Of a stretch of DNA of 64,000 nucleotides, positions 19,969 through 29,291 are shown piece by piece; the first letter of the stretch is position 1, and every line of letters begins with the position of its first letter. The notes under the pieces were generated by a model. The model saw nothing but the letters and a program-made list of their open reading frames with translations. It did no database searches and had not been told where the DNA came from. Position numbers and translations under genes: made by a program. The DNA comes from Candidatus Aminicenantes bacterium (GTDB lineage: Bacteria > Acidobacteriota > Aminicenantia > Aminicenantales > JAFGBC01): assembly GCA_963702005.1 (NCBI GenBank), contig OY969696.1, positions 32,001 through 96,000 on the forward strand. Reading direction: 5' to 3'.

Positions 19969-20790
19969 CTATTTCGCCGCCGGGCCTTCCCTGGTTTGAA
20001 CTTCGGTCCCGAGGCGGAGGACATCCTTCGCGGACAGGACCTTCAGGGTGGCCGTGGTCGGGCCGGCGTCGATGACGACCAGGTTGGCGATGGCCTGGCG
20101 GGGAACATCCCCCTGGACGCGGCGGAAGGCGACAAGCTGCCGGCCGACCGTGACGCCGTTCTCGGTCCCCAAGTTGATGAGGACCCAATACCCGGTCGCG
20201 GCTTGTTCCAGCGTGTCGATGAGGTAAATGACTCGGCCGCTGACGCCCTCGCCCTCGGCCGGGGCCGGCTCGTAGCCCTGATCCTGGCCCTGCAGGATGG
20301 CCCCTTCCGAGAAGGGGACCAGGTAATAGCCGACCATGACCTGCCCGCAGGATTTTTCGAGACGGACGGTCGCCCGGGTCTCATCGACGGCGACGACCCG
20401 CGCCCGGCCCCGCTTGAGGCCGATCGCTCCCAGGTTGGCGCCTGAGACGGGATCGACGACATCGGAACCGACTTCCACGATCAGGAACAGCTGATCGACC
20501 GCGACCCCGCCCTTCGACCCCCGGTTGATGAAACACAGGTCGGCGTCGGTCAGCAGGACCTTCTCCTCGCCATGCTCGGCCGCAAGAATCTTGATTTCGG
20601 GACGCGTGCGGCCAAGGAGGAAGAACGAACAGTAGAGGTCCGCGTTGCCGAGGAGCTTGAAAGTCTTATGCTCGCGCTTCGCTTTCTCGATCGGGCTTTC
20701 CTGCGCGGATACGATCGGGACCGACAAAGCCAGGACCAGAATCGCCGCCGTCAGGCTCAGGACTGAACAGAGGGCTGTCCTTTTTTTCAT
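19969..20790 (-). CDS. Exported hypothetical protein (resembles the C-terminal beta domains of LysM/TsaP- or FlgT-like proteins)
   Basis: Signal peptide; ADLYCSFF; two internally similar IN.G...GV..G/D beta repeats. Confidence 0.55.
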   Translation of the reverse strand: MKKRTALCSVLSLTAAILVLALSVPIVSAQESPIEKAKREHKTFKLLGNADLYCSFFLLGRTRPEIKILAAEHGEEKVLLTDADLCFINRGSKGGVAVDQLFLIVEVGSDVVDPVSGANLGAIGLKRGRARVVAVDETRATVRLEKSCGQVMVGYYLVPFSEGAILQGQDQGYEPAPAEGEGVSGRVIYLIDTLEQAATGYWVLINLGTENGVTVGRQLVAFRRVQGDVPRQAIANLVVIDAGPTTATLKVLSAKDVLRLGTEVQTREGPAAK

Positions 20791-20884
20791 GGTCTTACCT
20801 CTTTCGCGGATTCAGCGTTTATCACCTTTGAAGTCATTATAGTTTTGTCTCCGCGCCCGTGTCAAGAAAATCAAAGACAAGATT

Positions 20885-21035
20885 AGGGTCAAACCTGCAT
20901 TTTGCGCTTCAGATCAAGGAATTCAGGGGACACACGACTTAATTCAAATCCAAGTTTCAATAAATACGCTTAGTCTGGAATTAAGTCGTGTGTCCCCAGA
21001 ATTCCGGTTTGTCCCCTGAATTCCGGTTTGACCCT
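20885..21035. repeat. Nested inverted-repeat element, family B (GGGGACACACGACTTAATTC pair) inside an outer AGGGTCAAACC/GGTTTGACCCT pair
   Basis: Inner arms 20918-20945 and 20978-21005 around a 32-nt spacer; the same arms recur at 23751-23841. Confidence 0.75.
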
Positions 21036-21077
21036 GCTTGATGGGATTCTGTACAATAGCCGGAGAAAGCAGGGTTC

Positions 21078-22148
21078 ATGTCAGAAAAGCGCCGGAAGAC
21101 GGTCGTCGGCCTCCTCTTCGGGGGGCGGTCCGCCGAGCACGAAGTCTCCCTGAAGTCCGCCGCGGCCGTCTTCGAGCACCTCGACCCGCGGCGATTCAAG
21201 GTCGTTTCGATCTTCATCGCCCGGGACGGCCGCTGGGGGCGGGTCGAATCCCCTTCCGCGCCGCCTTCCCGGCTCAAGGCCGCCCGCTCGTTCCTGCCCT
21301 GGGCCAATAGGGCCATTCCGGCCGCCTTCAAGGCCGACATTTACTTCCCCATCCTCCACGGCCCCTATGGAGAGGATGGAACGGTCCAGGGCCTCCTCGA
21401 AATGGCCGACGTCCCCTACGTCGGGGCGGGCGTGCTGGCTTCGGCTGTCGGCATGGACAAGGCCGTCATGAAGACCCTGTTTGCCGCGCGGGGCTTGCCG
21501 ATCGTAAACCATATCGTGCTTATGGAAATGGAATGGCGAATGTCACCCGAAGCGGTCCTCGGCCGAATCCGGGACGGCTTCCGGCTCCCCTTGTTCGTCA
21601 AGCCCGGCAACCTAGGGTCGAGCGTCGGCATCAGCAAGGTCAAGGATTGGGGCGGGACCGGGAAAGCCCTCGAAGCGGCCTTCGCCTACGACCGGAAGAT
21701 CATCGTCGAGCAGGGCGTCCGGGGTCGCGAACTCGAATGCAGCGTCTTGGGCAACGACGAGCCGCGGGCGTCGCTTCCGGGCGAGCTCGTCCCCCACCGG
21801 GAGTTTTACGACTACGACGACAAATACGTCGACGGCCGGACCGAATTCAAGGTGCCGGCTCCCCTCGCGCCTCAGCTGACCGAGGAGGTGCGCCGACTCT
21901 CCGTCGAGGCCTTCCGGGCCGTGGACTGCGCCGGCCTGGCCCGGGTCGACCTCTTCCTGGAGGACGGCACGAACCGCCTGTACGTCAACGAGATCAACAC
22001 GATTCCGGGATTCACTACGATCAGCATGTATCCGCGGCTCTGGGAGGCAACCGGCCTCCCCTTCGCGGCCCTGGTCGAGGAGCTTATCCGGCTCGGCCTC
22101 GAACGGCATCGCGCCAAGAAACGGCGGGTCGACAGGCGCTCGCCATGA
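21078..22148 (+). CDS. ddl: D-alanine--D-alanine ligase
   Basis: GGRSAEHEVS, LHGPYGEDG, GSSVG, FYDY..KY and NEINTIPG motifs. Confidence 0.96.
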   Translation: MSEKRRKTVVGLLFGGRSAEHEVSLKSAAAVFEHLDPRRFKVVSIFIARDGRWGRVESPSAPPSRLKAARSFLPWANRAIPAAFKADIYFPILHGPYGEDGTVQGLLEMADVPYVGAGVLASAVGMDKAVMKTLFAARGLPIVNHIVLMEMEWRMSPEAVLGRIRDGFRLPLFVKPGNLGSSVGISKVKDWGGTGKALEAAFAYDRKIIVEQGVRGRELECSVLGNDEPRASLPGELVPHREFYDYDDKYVDGRTEFKVPAPLAPQLTEEVRRLSVEAFRAVDCAGLARVDLFLEDGTNRLYVNEINTIPGFTTISMYPRLWEATGLPFAALVEELIRLGLERHRAKKRRVDRRSP

Positions 22149-22573
22149 GGACCCTCGGCGTCGACTACGGCGACCGGACGCTGGGCCTGGCCATGACCGA
22201 CCCGATGGGCATCGCGGCCCACCCCTTCGCCAGCTACCGGCTCAAGGCCAAGGACGAGGACAACCGCCGCTATTTCCGGGAACTGGTCGAGCACTACCAG
22301 ATCGCCGAAATCGTCATCGGCATTCCGCTGCGTATGGACGGAAGCTCGGGGACGCGCGCCGAGAAGACGCGGGAGTTCGCCGTCTGGCTCGAGGAGACCG
22401 CCGGTCGTCCCATTATCTTTTGGGACGAGCGGCTGACGACGCGGGAAGCCCTGGCCGTCCTCCGCCGCCAGAACGTCCGGAGCGAGTCCCAGAAGGGCCT
22501 CAAAGACCAGGTCGCGGCCGCCATCATCCTGTCCGCCTACATCGAGAGCAAGCGCGCTTCCCATGATCCGTAG
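22145..22573 (+). CDS. ruvX: YqgF/RuvX pre-16S rRNA nuclease (Holliday junction resolvase-like)
   Basis: C-terminal part of track ORF 21533..22573: LGVDYG...GLA, G.P..MDG, WDERLTT, D..AA..IL. Confidence 0.92.
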   Translation: MRTLGVDYGDRTLGLAMTDPMGIAAHPFASYRLKAKDEDNRRYFRELVEHYQIAEIVIGIPLRMDGSSGTRAEKTREFAVWLEETAGRPIIFWDERLTTREALAVLRRQNVRSESQKGLKDQVAAAIILSAYIESKRASHDP

Positions 22574-23573
22574 AGCCCTGGCCGTCCTCTTGCTGTTCGC
22601 CCAGGCCGCCGTCTTCTTCGCCGCCGTCTGGGTCATCCGCGGCCTCTACGCTCCGCTCCGCCTCCGGTCCGATCCGATCCTGTTCGAGGTTTCGAAGGGA
22701 AACGGGGTCGGGGCCGTGGCTTTTCGGCTCAAGAAGGAAGGCTTCGTCGAGCGGACGGGGCCGCTTCTCGCCGCCTACAGGATTTTCTTCGCTCCGCGCC
22801 GGATCAAAGCCGGCGAATACAGCTGGAAAGCGCCCCTCACCGTAAAACGCGCGCTCCTGGACATGGTCGAGGGCAAGGTCCATCTCCGCTCCTTCACGGT
22901 TCCCGAAGGATTGACCGCCCGGGAAACGGCCGCCATGCTCGAAGCCCAAGGATCGTGGAGGGCCGCCGAATTCCTGAGCGCGGCCCGCGACGTCTCGCTC
23001 ATCGCCGACTTGGACCCGAAGGCCCGGAGCCTCGAAGGATACCTCTATCCCGAAACCTACTTCTATCCGAAAGGCTCGGAAGCCCCCGAGATCGTGAAGG
23101 CCATGGTCGAAAGGTTCAGGTCCGTCTTCGACGCCGGCTTCCAGGCTCGGACCCGGCGCCTGGGGATGACGGTCCGGGAAGCGGTGACTCTGGCGTCCCT
23201 GATCGAGAAAGAAACCTCGCTCCCGGCCGAGAAACGGCTCGTCTCGGCCGTCTTCCAGAACCGGCTCCGGATCGGGATGAAGCTTGACTGCGACCCGACC
23301 ATCATCTACGCCCTCAAGGAGGAGGGGCGCTTCACGGGGAACCTCCGGCGCCGCGATTTGGAGTCGCCCGGCCCTTACAACAGTTACCTCCGCCCGGGGC
23401 TGCCGCCCGGCCCGATCTGCAACCCGGGCCGCGACTCGCTCGAGGCCGCCCTCGACCCGGCCGATGTTCGCTTTCTCTACTTCGTGTCCCGGAACGACGG
23501 CAGCCACGTCTTCAGCGCGTCCTTCCGCGACCACCAGAGCGCCGTTCGCAAGTATCAACCCATCCGCCGCTAA
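22563..23573 (+). CDS. mltG: Endolytic transglycosylase MltG (YceG)
   Basis: TVPEG, LEGYLYPETY, LASLIEKE, NRL..GM.L..DPT and GLPPGPI motifs. Confidence 0.93.
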   Translation: MIRRALAVLLLFAQAAVFFAAVWVIRGLYAPLRLRSDPILFEVSKGNGVGAVAFRLKKEGFVERTGPLLAAYRIFFAPRRIKAGEYSWKAPLTVKRALLDMVEGKVHLRSFTVPEGLTARETAAMLEAQGSWRAAEFLSAARDVSLIADLDPKARSLEGYLYPETYFYPKGSEAPEIVKAMVERFRSVFDAGFQARTRRLGMTVREAVTLASLIEKETSLPAEKRLVSAVFQNRLRIGMKLDCDPTIIYALKEEGRFTGNLRRRDLESPGPYNSYLRPGLPPGPICNPGRDSLEAALDPADVRFLYFVSRNDGSHVFSASFRDHQSAVRKYQPIRR

Positions 23574-23598
23574 GCGCGGCTCCATATCAGCCGCTGAA

Positions 23599-23880
23599 GT
23601 CAACCCCTCGACACCCATACTAAGCCGTTTTCGGCTTAGTATGAGTGCTGCAAGGCTGCTCCCCGGCCGAAGCTCCACGGACTAATGCTCATTGGAGCGC
23701 CAGTACTCATGAACCGGAAACGGTTCATGAGTACATGAATGCCTAGAGCGTGGAATTCGGGGGACACACGACTTAATTCGTCGCGAGACATGAAAAGATT
23801 AACTCCACTCGGGAATTAAGTCGTGTGTCCCCCGAATTCCAACTATCAAACGTCCGTGGAATCCCGCGAAGGGGATTGAA
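23599..23880. repeat. Composite stack of nested palindromic elements (family A, an IS200/IS605-end-like hairpin, an ACTCATGAACCG hairpin, family B 29-bp perfect IR)
   Basis: Each sub-block recurs elsewhere in the window (19850, 20918, 43593, 44358-44483). Confidence 0.75.
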
Positions 23881-24012
23881 ATCATTACTCGAAAACCTTG
23901 AAAAAAAGCCGGGAATTCTGTTAAGATGTTGCTTTGCCGATAGACATCCTGGGATTGCGAGAGAGAGGACGATCCGCAGATGCCTAAAGGTGAGCAGAAT
24001 AGAGGAGGAAAT

Positions 24013-25086
24013 ATGAAAACGAGATACGGAATCGCGGCAGTCCTGATCGTGGCGTTCGTCCTCGTCGTCATCGGAACGAACGGGCTCTTCGCCCAGGACA
24101 AAGGCAAAGCCCAGCCCGAACAGCAGCGGGTCTATATCCCCAAGCAGGTCAAGGCCGTCCTTCAGGAAGGCTTGCTGACCCGGCAGGGCCGTCAGGATAT
24201 CCCTTTCAGCTTTGCCCGGCATCTGTACCTTCCGGCCCGGGACAGCCTCCACAACATCATCTATTTTAAAGTTAAGAACGCGGACCTGAACTACGCGCCC
24301 ACCGCCGTCGTCCCGGCCGCTCCCACCGCGCCCGAACAGGCCCAGCCGGCGGCCGCGCCCGCTTCTCTCGAGGCCAAATTCAACGTCTTCCTGTGGTTCT
24401 CGACGCTCGCCGAGGACGGGATGCTCCAGACCATCAAGGAAGTCTATGTCCCGGCCACGATCGAGACGCCCGCCGAGGGCTATGACCCCGAGAAGGTCGA
24501 ATCCTATTCGTTCGGCTACCCGCTGCCGGCCGGACGTTACTTGCTGGCCATGGCCGTCACCTCGCAGGATCTGTCCAAGATCGGGACCGGCTATTTCGAG
24601 TTCGCGACGCCGAACCCGGCGGGCCTGGCCGGCCAGATCGACACGACCCCGATCTTCTTCGCCAAGTCCTTCGACCAGATGCAGGCTCCGGAAACCCGGA
24701 CCGAGATCCACAAGGATTATTTCACCTACTCGATCCTCAAGCTGGAGCCCAAAACGGAGAACGTCTTCGCCCAGGGCGAGAACCTGGACATCTTTTTCTT
24801 CATCTTCGGCCTCAAGCTCAACGACCAGCAGAAATACGACCTCCTGATCAGCTACGAGGTTAGAAAGGGCGAAGAGACGGCCATCCGCTATGAGGATCAG
24901 CCTTCCGTCTCCCCGCTCGTCTCCCAGCCGCTGCCCTTGAAGCAGACCGTCCTCATCAAGTCCGATAAGGGCGAGACCAAGGAAGAGCGGGATCTCGGAG
25001 TCGGGCTCTACACGCTTGCCATCAAGATCACGGACAAGGTCTCGGGAGTGACGGCCGAAAAGAAGGTCGATTTCGAAATCAAGTAA
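24013..25086 (+). CDS. Exported hypothetical protein resembling the beta-sandwich regions of the neighbouring GWxTD proteins (no GWxTD motif)
   Basis: Signal peptide; GGAGG RBS; LPAGRY.L and G.Y.L.I.ITD Ig-like strands similar to those in the GWxTD genes. Confidence 0.6.
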   Translation: MKTRYGIAAVLIVAFVLVVIGTNGLFAQDKGKAQPEQQRVYIPKQVKAVLQEGLLTRQGRQDIPFSFARHLYLPARDSLHNIIYFKVKNADLNYAPTAVVPAAPTAPEQAQPAAAPASLEAKFNVFLWFSTLAEDGMLQTIKEVYVPATIETPAEGYDPEKVESYSFGYPLPAGRYLLAMAVTSQDLSKIGTGYFEFATPNPAGLAGQIDTTPIFFAKSFDQMQAPETRTEIHKDYFTYSILKLEPKTENVFAQGENLDIFFFIFGLKLNDQQKYDLLISYEVRKGEETAIRYEDQPSVSPLVSQPLPLKQTVLIKSDKGETKEERDLGVGLYTLAIKITDKVSGVTAEKKVDFEIK

Positions 25087-25121
25087 TCCTTGACGAGCGG
25101 GAAAATATCCCGAATCGCTCG

Positions 25122-27206
25122 TCAGGGACGTTTCTCGATCTCCGCCGCTAGCTTCCGGACCTCCGGCTGGGAAGGATTGAGCTTCAGGGAGGCTTTGAAC
25201 GCCTCGAGGGCCTTGGCCTTCTGACCCGTTTTCTGGTAGCAGGAGCCGAGCGCGTTCAGGAGTTGCGTATCGCTGTTGTAGATCCGGTTCCCGGCCAGTA
25301 AGCTTTCGATGGCCTCGGGATAGAGCCCTTTTTCCATCTGGGCCGTCCCGCGCAGCCGCCAGTAATCGAAAGCCTTCTGGGGATCGTCCTTGATCCGCTC
25401 CACGAGCTCGAGGGCCTTGTCGTACTTCCGGACCTTGACCAGGAACTGGGCGTACCAGAGGGCGCCGTTCTTGTAATCCGGGTTCATCGCAAAAGCCCGG
25501 TCGTAGTGGGCTTCGGCCTTGTCGTCGACGCCAGCCTTGTCGTACTGACGGGCCAGCATGTAGAAATAGAGGAATTGGTTGGCGAGGGGGACGGCCTTCG
25601 AGTTCGAGACCGGATGACCCATGGCCTTCTCGGCCGTGACGATGAAGTTCGCCGAGGCCTCGTCGAGGACCGTTCCCGCCCCGTCGACCCAAGTCAGGGT
25701 CAGCTTGTAATAATCGGGCTCGAGCTCGCCAGCCGAGATGGACTGACTGAGGCCGAGCATCCGGCTCGGCTGGTAACTCTGGAGCCGGACGATATAGGAC
25801 TTCTGGACGGGATTCTTCTCGCGCAGCCCCTGGACGCCGACCCGGACCTCGCCGGCGCGCAGTCCCTCGTCGAACCGGGACAGGTTGAATAGAAAGGTGA
25901 CCGGGTCGGCCGCGGCGTAAGTGTTCCGGGGGTCGACGGCGAGCTTGCTGTCCAAGACCTTAAAGGGCAGCTGGATGTCGCGCGGGTAAGTTTCGACCCG
26001 GTAGCCGAGGTAGGGGCCGAAAATATGAGGCGCGGCCGGTTCGCCGGGCACGTCGATGTCCCTCTCGACGACCGAGAACTCCTTGCCGACCGCGTTCTGG
26101 AGGAGGATCGACATCTTGTAGCGCCCTTCCGCGGCCGGGAAACAATCCTCGATGGCCAGGCCGTTGGCCTGGATCCGGGGAAGTTCCTCCTCCTTGAAAT
26201 AGAGGGTGTAATCCCGGTTGTACTGGAAGAGGATCGTCTCCCCCTGGCGGAGGCTGACGTCGAGCCGGAAGGCGCAATAGTAGCGCTCCTTGGGGTTGTA
26301 GTAGTCGAGCGAGACGGTCTTGGGAACGACCGAGAAGTGAACGAAGGAAAGCCCGATCAGGGGATCGGGGATGATGTCGACGGCCGCGTCGCTTTCGATG
26401 TAGTTCGTCAGATACTCCGTGCTGACGATGCCTTTATAGTTCAGGAAGTGGGTCGCGTAGGATGTGTTGATGTCTTTCTGGGGCGACTGGAGGATGTCGG
26501 CTATCAGGATGCTGTTCCGGGGCGAGGGCGAATAATCGGGATTGTATTCGCCCGGAATGTAGGAAATGGACAGGTCGGCCAGGGTCGGCTCCATCTCCTT
26601 GATCTTTTCGTAAAGCTCGAGGTAGTCCGTGGGATCGACGTCGCGCTTGTTGACGAGAAGGCTGGCCGGGCCGTCGGCGACCGGGTCGTAGAGCTTGTAC
26701 TCGCCGACCCCGCCCCGCTGGAAGAAGAGCAGGACGAAGAGGGACGGGAGTTCCTTCGCGGGATCGCCGTAATAGGACCAGCCCTCGCAGGGGACGATAT
26801 GGGCCGAGACCTCGAAGCGCTCGATCGAGACCGGCGGTCCGAGGATGATATAAATACGGCCCCGGTCTGTCCGCCAGCCCTCCCGGACCGTGCTCCGCCC
26901 GTAGATTTTATTGGCGTAGGCGAAACGCTTGAGGTGCTCATCCTTGTACTCGTTCTCGGGCGTCCCCGGGGTCGGGTCCCGCTGCCTCCAGAAAGCTTCG
27001 ATATAAGAATCCCGGTCCCGGTCCGTCTGGAGGGCCAGGAAGACCTCCTTTTCCTTGGGGGTGATGATGTAGGTGACGAGCTTGAGCCAATCCCGGTATG
27101 TCTCGCCGAGGCCGGCCTCGATGGATTTGGCGGCCTTGTCGCCCGAGGCGAACAGCGACGCCGCCAACAGGCTTCCGCAGACGAGAGAGACGATTTTCTT
27201 GTTCAT
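25122..27206 (-). CDS. GWxTD domain protein with C-terminal TPRs
   Basis: Signal peptide; FWRQRDPTPGTPENE...GWRTDRGRIYIILGPP; TPR helices at the C-terminus. Confidence 0.88.
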   Translation of the reverse strand: MNKKIVSLVCGSLLAASLFASGDKAAKSIEAGLGETYRDWLKLVTYIITPKEKEVFLALQTDRDRDSYIEAFWRQRDPTPGTPENEYKDEHLKRFAYANKIYGRSTVREGWRTDRGRIYIILGPPVSIERFEVSAHIVPCEGWSYYGDPAKELPSLFVLLFFQRGGVGEYKLYDPVADGPASLLVNKRDVDPTDYLELYEKIKEMEPTLADLSISYIPGEYNPDYSPSPRNSILIADILQSPQKDINTSYATHFLNYKGIVSTEYLTNYIESDAAVDIIPDPLIGLSFVHFSVVPKTVSLDYYNPKERYYCAFRLDVSLRQGETILFQYNRDYTLYFKEEELPRIQANGLAIEDCFPAAEGRYKMSILLQNAVGKEFSVVERDIDVPGEPAAPHIFGPYLGYRVETYPRDIQLPFKVLDSKLAVDPRNTYAAADPVTFLFNLSRFDEGLRAGEVRVGVQGLREKNPVQKSYIVRLQSYQPSRMLGLSQSISAGELEPDYYKLTLTWVDGAGTVLDEASANFIVTAEKAMGHPVSNSKAVPLANQFLYFYMLARQYDKAGVDDKAEAHYDRAFAMNPDYKNGALWYAQFLVKVRKYDKALELVERIKDDPQKAFDYWRLRGTAQMEKGLYPEAIESLLAGNRIYNSDTQLLNALGSCYQKTGQKAKALEAFKASLKLNPSQPEVRKLAAEIEKRP

Positions 27207-27248
27207 GGCAGCAACCTCGCTCCGCTGGGATGGGACCCGCCCCGCGGT

Positions 27249-28178
27249 CTATCTCACCTTGATTTCGAAGATCTTGCGGATCTTGCCCGAGGCGCCCTCT
27301 TCGCCCCGGATGATGACGTCGCAGTAGTAGGAACCGGCCGCGAGCTCGACCGGAAAGCTGAAGGTCAGGGCCTTGCTCCGGACCAGCTCCTCCTGGGACA
27401 GGGAGAGGGATTGGCTCTTCTGGAATTTGTTCTTCCAGTTCCCCTCGGCCTGGTACAGGAAGAATTCGAAGGCCAGGCTCGCGTTGAGGCGGCCGGCCTC
27501 GTCCTTGAAGCTCAGCGTGTTGGCGGGGAGGGTCACGACCAGGCTTCGGGACGCCGCGTCGTAGGTCAGCTTGAAATCGACGTATCTCTTGCGGAAGACG
27601 TCGTTCCCCGTCGCGGCCTGGCCGAGTTTGACGATCTCCATGGCCTCGAAGAAATCCCCTTCATAGCGGCGGATCCGGTACTCGCCGGTTCCGCTCTCGT
27701 CGGCGAATTCGATCCCCAGATTGTAGTTGTAGTAGGCCCACCAGATGATCGACCCCCGGACGTCCTCCTCTCCATGGCTGAAGAATTCCTCGAACTTGTC
27801 GGGCGGGCCCATGTAAATATAGATTCGGCCCCTGTCCGTCTTCCAGCCCGGCCGGCCCTCCTTGAAGTGCTTGTTGGCGTATTCGATCCGGCGGTCGAAC
27901 TCGTCCTTGAACTCGTTGGCCGCAGTATCCGGGTCGGGATCGCGCTTGTCCCAGAAGTCTCGGATGAACTCTTTCCGGGCTTCGGCGTCCGGCAGCTGGC
28001 TGAAAATCTTCTGCTCCTCCCCTGTCATGATCAGCCGGGCCGTTTCGTAGAAGGCTTGGCTCTCGGGGTCGAGGGCGACCTTGGGTGTCGAGGCGCAACC
28101 GGGCCAGAAAGCCAGCGCAACGCCGAGCAGGACACCCGTTCCCCAAAAGGATAAAGACGCGCGTTTGATGGGATTCAT
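27249..28178 (-). CDS. GWxTD domain lipoprotein
   Basis: Hydrophobic stretch ending in PG-C; FWDKRDPDP...NE, GWKTDRGRIYIYMGPP. Confidence 0.85.
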   Translation of the reverse strand: MNPIKRASLSFWGTGVLLGVALAFWPGCASTPKVALDPESQAFYETARLIMTGEEQKIFSQLPDAEARKEFIRDFWDKRDPDPDTAANEFKDEFDRRIEYANKHFKEGRPGWKTDRGRIYIYMGPPDKFEEFFSHGEEDVRGSIIWWAYYNYNLGIEFADESGTGEYRIRRYEGDFFEAMEIVKLGQAATGNDVFRKRYVDFKLTYDAASRSLVVTLPANTLSFKDEAGRLNASLAFEFFLYQAEGNWKNKFQKSQSLSLSQEELVRSKALTFSFPVELAAGSYYCDVIIRGEEGASGKIRKIFEIKVR

Positions 28179-28201
28179 GGGTCTTGCCGCCTCGCCCCTG
28201 G

Positions 28202-29125
28202 TTATTTCTTCTTCAGGGTGTCGAGGAAGCCCCGGACCTGGCCGGCCCGCTCCGACTCGGTGTCGATCGTCAGGTAGCGCTCGAAGGCCGCGATGGCCTC
28301 GGCGTTATTGCCCAGGGCCAGGTTGGACAGTCCCGTGTAGTAGATGGCGTCCGTGAATTCCTTCTGGATCTCGACGGCCCGCTTGTAGTAGCGGAGGGCG
28401 TCCTCGAACTTGGAGGAGTTGTAGAAACTCGTCCCGATGTTGTAGAGGACGATCGGGTCCTCGATCTTGTCGAACTGGATCTTCCCGTACCACTCGAGGG
28501 CCTTGTCGGCCAGGCCCCGGTTGGCATAGCTGTTACCGACCAGGAGCATGGCGTCGTAATTCTGGGGGTACTTGTCCAGGACTTTGAGGTAGTACTCCTC
28601 GGCCTTGGCATAGTCTTCCCGGGCGAAGTAGCAGTTGCCGATGTTTCTGTAGATGAGGGTGGCGTCGGGCGACTTGGCCAGGATTTCGTTGTAGACGGCC
28701 TCGGCCCCGGCGTAGTCCTTGGCTTCGAAGAGCTGGTTGCCCTTGGTCAGGAGCTCCTTGACTTCATCGGTGATGACCATGCCCACGACCTTGGCCAAAG
28801 CGACCTTGATCTCGGCGTTCCGGCCGTACTCCACGACGTCGGCGCTGATCTTCTTGGGTATGAACCCGATTTTCTCGAAATCGATGTTCCAGCCGCCGCC
28901 CCGGATCCAGGCGGCGACCCATTTCCCGTCCTTGTCGGAGAGGACCTCGAACCCGCTCTGACCCCTCAGGGAGAAGAGCTTGACCTTGACGCCGTCGAGG
29001 GGAGCACCCGCCTCGTCGTAAACGTAGCCGACGACGCGGCCTTTCCCCTTGTATTCTTGAGCGGCCGACAAGCCGCCGGCAAGGAAGAACAGGGTCGCGA
29101 ACAGGGCCGTCTTTCTCGTCATCAT
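28202..29125 (-). CDS. Exported carboxypeptidase-regulatory-like domain + TPR protein
   Basis: Signal peptide; G.V.DE.G.PL.GV.V.L...D..G.W; TPR repeats. Confidence 0.82.
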   Translation of the reverse strand: MMTRKTALFATLFFLAGGLSAAQEYKGKGRVVGYVYDEAGAPLDGVKVKLFSLRGQSGFEVLSDKDGKWVAAWIRGGGWNIDFEKIGFIPKKISADVVEYGRNAEIKVALAKVVGMVITDEVKELLTKGNQLFEAKDYAGAEAVYNEILAKSPDATLIYRNIGNCYFAREDYAKAEEYYLKVLDKYPQNYDAMLLVGNSYANRGLADKALEWYGKIQFDKIEDPIVLYNIGTSFYNSSKFEDALRYYKRAVEIQKEFTDAIYYTGLSNLALGNNAEAIAAFERYLTIDTESERAGQVRGFLDTLKKK

Positions 29126-29199
29126 CGCGCACCTCCGAACTTGAGCTCGAGCCCTCCTCGTCCTTCCGTTAAGGGCTTCATTTTAGCATTCCGCCCGGC

Positions 29200-29268
29200 A
29201 AAAAAAAAGGCCCCGCCCGTCCCGCACCGTCCCGAAAGGGACGGGACGGTGCGGGACGAACGGGCCTT
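29200..29268 (-). terminator. Long GC hairpin plus U-tract terminator after the first TonB-dependent receptor
   Basis: GGCCC...CGTCCCGCACCGTCCC/GGGACGGTGCGGGACG...GGGCC stem; A-run on + reads as a U-tract on -. Confidence 0.7.
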
Positions 29269-29291
29269 GAGTTTCTGCGTGTGCTCTCTGC

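Noticed and set aside
23850-23881. GTCCGTGGAATCCCGCGAAGGGGATTGAA resembles a CRISPR repeat (second copy near 44455-44483)
   Set aside because: Only two isolated copies 20 kb apart, no repeat-spacer array and no cas genes; better explained as the end of an IS200/IS605-like miniature
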